Source: a virus
Reading direction: 5' to 3' (one strand)
IMG/VR virus record: IMGVR_UViG_3300010412_000003
Location: 20,547 to 84,546 of that record
DNA length: 64,000 nucleotides
Part shown: positions 56,888 through 64,000 of the stretch, one piece after another
Layout of the letters: each line of letters begins with the position of its first letter
Position numbering within the stretch: the stretch's first letter is position 1
Notes under the pieces: model-generated
Databases searched by the model: none
Seen by the model: the letters and a program-made list of their open reading frames with translations, nothing else
What the model was told of the DNA's origin: nothing
Program-made: the position numbers and the translations under genes

Positions 56888-59800
56888 TTATTTGGGCTTG
56901 TTGTTTATTGTCATTGAAGATTTGTTAATTTTTTCAAGCGTAATCTCTGAAAGAATATAATCACCACTTGCATCAACAAAACTATCATCTTCAATTGTCA
57001 ATCTTGTAATTGTCATATCTATGGAACTTGATGAAGTCATTGATAACAATGCTTCTTGTGCTTTATAAAATGAAATGGTTGCAGTTCCAAACTGACGTTC
57101 ACCAGCCATATAGTGGTAAACAAGTCCTATAAAATTTTGAATACCATTAAGTATTTTTGAAATTTTTTTGGAAATAGTACCACCAAATGCCGTTTCCCCA
57201 AACAAAGTTCTTTTTGTTGTTTTAAACACATCACCTGTTGATGAAAAAATTCCAGAAATAATAATATAATATTTTCTTAAAAACGAAATACTTCCAGAAG
57301 AATCCATTTCACCAAAAAGAGATTTGAAAATTTGTCTAACAATATTTCCTGAAAAATCACCTTCTCCAAAAACAACCTTAAATACTTTGCGTTTAATTTC
57401 TCCACTGAAATCGGAAGTTCCAACCAAAGTTTTAATAATTGTTTTCGCTATAGTTCCAGAAGAATCCATTGCACCAGAAAGTAACTGATAATAAACTACA
57501 GCACCTTTGATTGCATTTAAAAATCCAGAGCTATTCATAGAACCACTCAAAAGTTCAAACATCTTTTTTGAAACAGTTCCACTAAAATTAGAATCACCAG
57601 CAACAGTTTTGAAAACTACTTTCAATATGTCACCCGATGAATCCATTGAGCCGAATAACGATTGATAGTATTTAGCTGATAATTTAATTGGCGTTATAAT
57701 TCCAGAAGAATTAAACTGACCAGATAAATATTCAAATATCTTTTTAGAAACGCTACCCGAATCTGTCTGATCTCCCACAATGCTTTTGTATATTTTTCTT
57801 AAAATATCACCAGAAGATGATAGAGAACCAGATAAATTTTCAAACATCTTTTTGGTTATTTCGCCAGAATCTGTTTCGGAAGCAAATAGAAATTCAAACA
57901 TTTTCTTTGAAACATTACCAGAGAATGTAGAATCTCCAAAAAGTGCTTTACTTATTGATCTGTATATATCACCAGATGAATCCATAGAGCCAGTAAATGT
58001 TCTATAATATACACCTGCTTGTTTAAAAGCACTTAAAATTCCAGAGGAATTTAAGCTTCCAGATAATGTTTTAAATGTTTTCTTGTAAACATCACCAGAT
58101 AAAGATTGTGTTCCATCAATTATTTTTTTTATAACTCGGAATATTTCACCAGATGAATCAAAAGAACCAGATAAAATTTTACCTGTTTTCTTTAAAATAT
58201 CACCAAAGTCGGTTTGATTTCCAAGCAAAGCCTCATACATTTTTTTACTAACTAACCCATCCGAGTCAAACAAACCACCAAGCGTTTTATAAATTATTCT
58301 ATAAATGTTTCCACTACTTGTTTCACTTCCAAGTAAAAACTTTTGTGTCATTTTATACAAAACACCAGAGCTATTCATTGAACCAGAATTGCTTTGGAAA
58401 AAAACATTTCCCAATCTAAAGGCATTCAAAATTCCAGAGGAATTAAAACTTCCTAAAAGGTTTTTAAATGTCTTTTTTATAATTTCGCCAGAGCTAGATT
58501 CAAAACCAGACAATATTTTCTTTATATTTTTTAGAACATCACCAGAAGAATCCATTGAACCCAATAAGGTTTTCATTGTATTCTTTACTAGATCACCAGA
58601 AGAATCCATTGAACCAGATAATGAATAAAAGATACTTTTTATTGAGATTACAACACCAGATGAGTCAAAGCTTCCAAGAAATGCTTTTTTAATTAAAAGA
58701 AACAAAGCACCAGAAGAATCTTCTAAACCAGACAAAAATATATTTATTTTTTTGCTAATATCACCAGATGAACCCATGTCACCTGATAAAAATTTAAACA
58801 TAGATTTTGACACTTGCCCTGTTGATGTTTCACTTCCAAGCAAAATTCTCTTTATATTTTTAGAAACAGTTCCACTTGTCGTTTCACTTCCAAACAATGA
58901 TAAAAACATTGATTTCAATGTTGAAACAACACCAGAAGAATCAAAGCTTCCAGACAACATTTTCATTGTTGTTAGTGATAACGCACCACTAGAACCCATA
59001 GAGCCATCTAAAAATTTTTGAATAAGTCCAGATTGAAATACAGCATTTAAAAATCCACTTGCCGTTTCTGAACCCGTTAATGTTTTTAATATTTTTTTAA
59101 AAATGCTTCCACTACCAGTTTCCGAGCCAACAAATGATTTGAATGTTTTCTTTAAAATATTACCACTACCTGTTTCCGAACCCACCAATGTTTTAAATAT
59201 GCTTCTTAAAATATCACCAATATCAGTTTCAGAACCAGATAAAGTCTTGAGTGTTTTTTTAATAACATTTCCAGCATCCGTTTCAGAACCTGATAATATT
59301 TTTGCAATATTTTTAATTAAACTTCCAGAATCTGTTTCAGAACCAACTAATGTTTTTAGTATATTTCTTAAAATGTCACCAGAGGAGGTTTCGCTTCCAG
59401 CTAAAAGTTGCGTTGCTCTTTTTGACGAAGCAACTATACCTGTTGCAGTTTCAGAGCCAGCAAGTGATTTAAAAATTTTTTTAATTAAATTACCAGTGTC
59501 TGTTTCACTGCCACTTAATGATTTAAATATTTTTCTAAGAATATTTCCAGAATCAGTTATAGAACCAGATAAAGCTTTTTTAATTTTCCTTAAAATAGCA
59601 CCTGTGTCAGTTTCAGCACCAGCATTAGATTGATAATAGGTTGTTCCAGTTGATTCAGAATATGTTTGGATAAACCAAGCACCAGTTTCATAAACATGAA
59701 GGTCTTGTGCGCCAGATATTAATATACCCCATGCAAAAGAATCGGAAGTTGTCGTTGGTGCATTTCCACCTATATTTGCAAAATAATAATCTGATGTGCT

Positions 59801-60739
59801 TGTGCTAATTGTTGTTAAATTTGCTGTTAAATTATAAGTTGAACTTGCATAACGACCAACCTTCAAATAATGATTTGTACCACCACCACCATCACGACTG
59901 GCACGAATCCACCATTTTGCCAAAACAACTGTACCAGTAATATCTGTTGTAGCACCTGCCCCTGTTCCATCAGCAACCCAATCAGCACTATCGGTAGAAC
60001 CTGTCCACTCAGCTTCATTACTATCATTCAATGGGTTTTCACCCAAGTTGGCAATAGAGCCAACTGCTGGTGTTGTTCCCTGACTAATTCCACCTGTTCT
60101 TGGTTGATAATAACTTGGAACTTCCCAATCAAGAGAGCTACTTGTATAATAAAGATCACCTGTTGATGGGTCGCTATTAGTTCCACAGATATATAAATCA
60201 TCATAATAAAATGTAGAAAGTCCTTGAGTTGAGTTTCTCAGTTGAACCTCAGTAAGACCAGAACTAGTGTCAGCACTAGTCAATGTGCATTCTAATGTTC
60301 CATCAACATAAAGATAAATAAATCCAGAAGTGGAATTTGCATAAACTCTCAATTCAAGCCTATACCAAGTGTTATCTTGAACTGTTAGCGTACTATCAGA
60401 ACTTTGAGTTGAAGCAGAATCTGTAACCCTAAACTTTCCGTTAGTCATAAGACGCAAAGTTCCAGCTACACTACCACCAGTATAAAACCTTAAAACAGAA
60501 CCATCTACTGTTGGCGTTGCATCATTAGTTTGCCAATATACACCAAAAGATATGTAGTCATATGTTGTAGACGGGCTTTGTGCATTAACATAATAATTTA
60601 CATCATCAGAAGGTTCAAGAATAAGAGAATATGTTCCATGTTTAACTACACTTGTAGAGAAAGTTGGAGTTCCACTTGATGAAACTGCCTCTTGAAGATT
60701 TCCTGTTTCAAATCCACAAAAGTTAAGTATGTTTGCCAT
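56888..60739 (-). CDS. large fibre-like protein: N-terminal LamG/ConA-like domain plus ~45 copies of ~18-aa repeat
   Basis: GFETG, TWYRLELR, LYVDG, YYDDLY; repeat GSETDSGNILKKIFKSLS. Confidence 0.75.
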   Translation of the reverse strand: MANILNFCGFETGNLQEAVSSSGTPTFSTSVVKHGTYSLILEPSDDVNYYVNAQSPSTTYDYISFGVYWQTNDATPTVDGSVLRFYTGGSVAGTLRLMTNGKFRVTDSASTQSSDSTLTVQDNTWYRLELRVYANSTSGFIYLYVDGTLECTLTSADTSSGLTEVQLRNSTQGLSTFYYDDLYICGTNSDPSTGDLYYTSSSLDWEVPSYYQPRTGGISQGTTPAVGSIANLGENPLNDSNEAEWTGSTDSADWVADGTGAGATTDITGTVVLAKWWIRASRDGGGGTNHYLKVGRYASSTYNLTANLTTISTSTSDYYFANIGGNAPTTTSDSFAWGILISGAQDLHVYETGAWFIQTYSESTGTTYYQSNAGAETDTGAILRKIKKALSGSITDSGNILRKIFKSLSGSETDTGNLIKKIFKSLAGSETATGIVASSKRATQLLAGSETSSGDILRNILKTLVGSETDSGSLIKNIAKILSGSETDAGNVIKKTLKTLSGSETDIGDILRSIFKTLVGSETGSGNILKKTFKSFVGSETGSGSIFKKILKTLTGSETASGFLNAVFQSGLIQKFLDGSMGSSGALSLTTMKMLSGSFDSSGVVSTLKSMFLSLFGSETTSGTVSKNIKRILLGSETSTGQVSKSMFKFLSGDMGSSGDISKKINIFLSGLEDSSGALFLLIKKAFLGSFDSSGVVISIKSIFYSLSGSMDSSGDLVKNTMKTLLGSMDSSGDVLKNIKKILSGFESSSGEIIKKTFKNLLGSFNSSGILNAFRLGNVFFQSNSGSMNSSGVLYKMTQKFLLGSETSSGNIYRIIYKTLGGLFDSDGLVSKKMYEALLGNQTDFGDILKKTGKILSGSFDSSGEIFRVIKKIIDGTQSLSGDVYKKTFKTLSGSLNSSGILSAFKQAGVYYRTFTGSMDSSGDIYRSISKALFGDSTFSGNVSKKMFEFLFASETDSGEITKKMFENLSGSLSSSGDILRKIYKSIVGDQTDSGSVSKKIFEYLSGQFNSSGIITPIKLSAKYYQSLFGSMDSSGDILKVVFKTVAGDSNFSGTVSKKMFELLSGSMNSSGFLNAIKGAVVYYQLLSGAMDSSGTIAKTIIKTLVGTSDFSGEIKRKVFKVVFGEGDFSGNIVRQIFKSLFGEMDSSGSISFLRKYYIIISGIFSSTGDVFKTTKRTLFGETAFGGTISKKISKILNGIQNFIGLVYHYMAGERQFGTATISFYKAQEALLSMTSSSSIDMTITRLTIEDDSFVDASGDYILSEITLEKINKSSMTINNKPK

Positions 60740-60740
60740 A

Positions 60741-61115
60741 TTACACTCTCGCTACATTTGGGTCTGTGTTTCGAATTGTTAAAACATATTCTTCTCTATT
60801 TACATCCCAAATAACTTGTGTGCAAACAGCTTCCATAAAAACTACTTCATCTGCTACATCATCATACCATAATCTTTCCGAATCTGTAAATGGCATAGGT
60901 GAATTTGGACTTAAATCTTTGCTTTGCAACCATACCCTTCTACTAGTTCTTGCTTCAATTTGACCATTTATATAGTTTTTTACAAAATCCACATATAATG
61001 TTGGGTCTTGCTCCCAAGTGGGAGGCAAGTTTGCATAAATTAATTGAATTGTTTTATTTGGTAGTGTAATAGTTAGTGTTCGACTTTGAGGGTCATGTAC
61101 TATGGAAATAATCAT
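60741..61115 (-). CDS. hypothetical protein
   Basis: AAGGAG RBS. Confidence 0.6.
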   Translation of the reverse strand: MIISIVHDPQSRTLTITLPNKTIQLIYANLPPTWEQDPTLYVDFVKNYINGQIEARTSRRVWLQSKDLSPNSPMPFTDSERLWYDDVADEVVFMEAVCTQVIWDVNREEYVLTIRNTDPNVARV

Positions 61116-61146
61116 GTTAACATTCTCCTTTAGTCAAATTAAAGAT

Positions 61147-61177
61147 AAGTGCCAACTGAATTTCTCAGTTGGCACTT
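61147..61177 (-). terminator. hairpin/terminator
   Basis: AAGTGCCAACTGA/TCAGTTGGCACTT. Confidence 0.7.
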
Positions 61178-61202
61178 TATAAAAGTTATTTTTTATTAAA
61201 AA

Positions 61203-61820
61203 TTACCCACCAGCGTTAGCAGTATATTCGTAAGTAAATTCAATCTGATCAGTGTTTACAACATTGATTGCAGTGAACGTATGACGATCAACCATCGTTC
61301 CACCAGTTACCTGAGTAAAAACACCATGTTCAGTAATAGCCTTGGTTGTAGTGTAGGTAATTGTTCCAACAGTTTTATAAATATTAGCCGAAGCACCCTC
61401 TGTCTGTGTTCCAGTCACCCTTGCCTCACCATCAGTTGTTTCCATGTCAGTATCACCAATAGTTGCGCCAGTTACACCAACACCAGAGTCATGATACTTC
61501 AAATCGCCAAATTCAGTTGTTTCAGCTTGAAGATTATCAACCAAGAAGTTAACCCATGCGGTTGTAACCAAACCCCTACCAACAACACCATAGTCAATCC
61601 TAGTCCCATCTGCCTTAACCAAAATTGCTTTAAGCTGACCAGTCAAAGTAATGATGCCTGTGACTTTTGTAAATAATTTTGCCAAATAATAGGTAAAGGA
61701 ATTCCAAAGGTAATTCCATGTCAAGGTATTTCTAATTTTCCATGTAAGGGGAGCTTTCTGAGTTTTTGTAATTTTTCTAGTACCAAGCTTCCCAAAACTT
61801 TTCATTTCACTTCTATACAT
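61203..61820 (-). CDS. virion structural protein
   Basis: LVTTA, YHDSG.G, ITEHGVF, INV...D.IEFTY; GGAGG RBS; followed by a hairpin. Confidence 0.6.
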   Translation of the reverse strand: MYRSEMKSFGKLGTRKITKTQKAPLTWKIRNTLTWNYLWNSFTYYLAKLFTKVTGIITLTGQLKAILVKADGTRIDYGVVGRGLVTTAWVNFLVDNLQAETTEFGDLKYHDSGVGVTGATIGDTDMETTDGEARVTGTQTEGASANIYKTVGTITYTTTKAITEHGVFTQVTGGTMVDRHTFTAINVVNTDQIEFTYEYTANAGG

Positions 61821-61853
61821 TATGTATTTCCTCCATAGTTTGTAATAATTTTT

Positions 61854-63557
61854 TTATAACATTTCTCTAAATGTCATACTTCCCAATATGTCTGCGTTTG
61901 CACTCAATGGAGCAACACACAAAACCAACGTATCCAATGTACCACTTATAGAACTTCCAATTCTCAAAGATGTTATAAGTTTTCTGTCGTCACCAACACT
62001 CGCCTTAAAACCAGATGGGACATATCCACTATCAATAATAAGACCATCAGCACTCAATGTATTAGTTGATACACCAATAGCACCTTGAACAGCACTATTT
62101 GAAATATCACCATATGTAAATGAACCAGAGATTGTTGGGTTTAAATGCAAAGACCACAAAAAGGGTGTGTCTGTCAATGTCATTAAATTTAAAAATTCTG
62201 GTATAACAGTAATATCTTTATAAGCTGATTTCAATCTAATTCCAAGAAGGGCATATGTTGTTCCAACAGAATTTGCATCAAGATGTGTTGTTCCAGTATT
62301 AATAGACCTAAGAATTCCAGTTTGTTCCTGACCACCCTCACTCATAACTGTAGAGCAAATGTGATCTAATGAACCTGCTCCTGCCCCACTTGATTGAATT
62401 GAATATCTCAATGGTAAGTTTGGTGTTGTCATATAAACTGTTGGATATGATGGGTCATTTGAATGGTTAAAATAATGACAATATCTAATGATACCATCAA
62501 TTACAAAACCAACTCTAACACGACCTACACCCAACCACTCAAAGTCAATAATTGCAATTTGACTACCACTCAAATCAAGAGTTATTCCACTATTTCCAGT
62601 TCCATCCAGCTTATCATAATTCCAATTAGATTGTGTTACCGTTTGGGTTGTTGTGCCATCTTTTGCAATATTCCAAGAAACACCTGTTCCAGTAATTTCT
62701 AAAAATATTCCATTATTTGGTGTTAGGTTATTAGTTCCTGTTCCATCAAATAACCCTATTCTTTTAGTAACAGATGTTTGATTATCACCAGAAAAAGTAA
62801 ATAATATCAATTGAGATTTTCCAGCCTGATAGTTAAATCTTTGTTTTGTTTGCCTAATAACAAAATCACTTACATTTGATGTCACAGACATTGTGGTACA
62901 TGCGTTTACAGGAAAATGCACACTTGTTGCACTTCCACCAATGCTTTCATCCCAAAATAAAGGTTGCTTATCATGCAACTGTTTTGAATCAAAAATTGTA
63001 AATGGTTCGCTAATTCTAAGCCTGTCAAATGCATCAATTGATTGTGTGTCACCATATTCTTGAATTGCAACCTTGAAGTTTCCCTGTCTTGTTGCACCAA
63101 AATTAACAAATCCGTTATTTGGTGTTTCACCAGTAATAACCGACTTTACCAACTCAGCATCATCATCTGTTTTAATTGAATCTTGTATTCTGTGTGTTGA
63201 TGGTTTTCCAGTTGATTTTAAAATACTTTGCAATTCAAAATGAGTTTGTGCAACACCACCATTTGTATATACAATTCTATAATATCTTGCATGTGGATTA
63301 ATTGAAAATGTTTTTGAAGAACCATCAACGATTGTAAAAACATCACCGAAATGCCAATCAATTCCATCCATACTTTGCTGAATATTTAAACCATCTGTTG
63401 CACTTCCAACATCAGAATGAACACTTACATAAATAATTCCATAATCAAGGGTTTCTGTGGCAACCCCTGTAAAAACTCCATCTATACCTAGAGGGGTACT
63501 TGTAGAGTTGTTCGAATCTATTGTTCCTTGAAGTTTTAATTTTCTCAGTTCTGTCAT
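61854..63557 (-). CDS. virion-associated beta-rich protein
   Basis: DAF.RLR.SEP.T.FDS, YQ.GKS, DFEWLGVG.VR.GF, LPLRY motifs of phage structural proteins. Confidence 0.65.
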   Translation of the reverse strand: MTELRKLKLQGTIDSNNSTSTPLGIDGVFTGVATETLDYGIIYVSVHSDVGSATDGLNIQQSMDGIDWHFGDVFTIVDGSSKTFSINPHARYYRIVYTNGGVAQTHFELQSILKSTGKPSTHRIQDSIKTDDDAELVKSVITGETPNNGFVNFGATRQGNFKVAIQEYGDTQSIDAFDRLRISEPFTIFDSKQLHDKQPLFWDESIGGSATSVHFPVNACTTMSVTSNVSDFVIRQTKQRFNYQAGKSQLILFTFSGDNQTSVTKRIGLFDGTGTNNLTPNNGIFLEITGTGVSWNIAKDGTTTQTVTQSNWNYDKLDGTGNSGITLDLSGSQIAIIDFEWLGVGRVRVGFVIDGIIRYCHYFNHSNDPSYPTVYMTTPNLPLRYSIQSSGAGAGSLDHICSTVMSEGGQEQTGILRSINTGTTHLDANSVGTTYALLGIRLKSAYKDITVIPEFLNLMTLTDTPFLWSLHLNPTISGSFTYGDISNSAVQGAIGVSTNTLSADGLIIDSGYVPSGFKASVGDDRKLITSLRIGSSISGTLDTLVLCVAPLSANADILGSMTFREML

Positions 63558-63570
63558 TCACCCCTCCTTT

Positions 63571-64000
63571 CTAAATAATAAACCAACCACTTCCATTAGA
63601 TACAATATCTAGCGATTCATCTTCGTAAAGATCAAAAGTTCCATTACCATCTATTGTTTCCAAACCATTTCCATCTACAGTAACAATTCCAGTTCCAATA
63701 TTTTTTATTGTATATCTAAGACCAGAATTTGAAGCTACTTCTGGAAGATTTATTGTCACATCACCAGCACCTGTATCTACAATACAGATTGGTTCTACCG
63801 TACTAATTGAGTATGGTGAATCTGTATTGTCTATATTAGTTGTAAAGGTGTAGTTCAAAGATGGCAAATCTGTGTTTTGCTCCCATGTAGCACCATTATA
63901 TTTGTACCATTTTTTTTCTGCTGTTGCAAAAACTGTTGTTCCAGTTTCCCAATATTTAACTTCTGTCTCAATTGCAGAAAATTGTGATACAATTCTAAAT
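63571..64000 (-). CDS. structural protein C-terminal part (5' end outside window)
   Basis: frame stays open to the window edge; T.NLP, IKN.G, ETIDG domain. Confidence 0.65.
   Translation of the reverse strand, partial: FRIVSQFSAIETEVKYWETGTTVFATAEKKWYKYNGATWEQNTDLPSLNYTFTTNIDNTDSPYSISTVEPICIVDTGAGDVTINLPEVASNSGLRYTIKNIGTGIVTVDGNGLETIDGNGTFDLYEDESLDIVSNGSGWFII

Noticed and set aside
55298-59633. Repetitive + strand ORFs (PEES/PDE-rich)
   Set aside because: Antisense shadows of the 18-aa repeat proteins.
54310-60739. 54-nt periodicity as CRISPR or DGR
   Set aside because: These are degenerate in-frame coding repeats. No reverse transcriptase or TR/VR pair was seen.
1-64000. Stop-codon reassignment, introns or inteins
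   Set aside because: Core genes (RNR, TerL, helicase, visible part of DnaE) are full-length and uninterrupted in the standard code, and there is no clear suppressor tRNA.

Overview
This window is 64 kb of a large, AT-rich tailed phage genome with siphovirus-type organisation resembling SPbeta-like phages. The host is probably monoderm, inferred from a GH25 lysin, housekeeping-sigma promoters and strong GGAGG ribosome binding sites. Positions 1-16.45 kb (+ strand) carry replication, repair and nucleotide-metabolism genes: DnaE, a RecD2-like helicase, an NDT, an HD hydrolase, DenV, an RNA ligase, a ThyX-like protein, a dNMP kinase, a class II RNR and a dUTPase. A bidirectional terminator at about 16.49 kb marks the strand switch. 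Positions 16.6-64 kb (- strand) carry lysis, tail, tape measure, a tyrosine recombinase, capsid, a ferritin, portal, terminase, IMPDH/GMPR, a tRNA/ncRNA cluster, a metallophosphoesterase and large repeat-rich fibre-like proteins. There are four main leads. (1) A strong promoter transcribes two tandem covarying hairpin RNAs with Y-RNA-like architecture directly into a TROVE-like/TerD protein gene, two genes downstream of an RNA ligase; this is a candidate phage ribonucleoprotein or RNA-repair system. (2) A metacaspase sits in a PEPP-linked three-gene lysis cassette. (3) An FRT/lox-like three-element site lies next to the tyrosine recombinase. (4) Structured non-tRNA RNAs are interleaved with the tRNAs. 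All protein calls come from motif recognition by eye, not from database searches.
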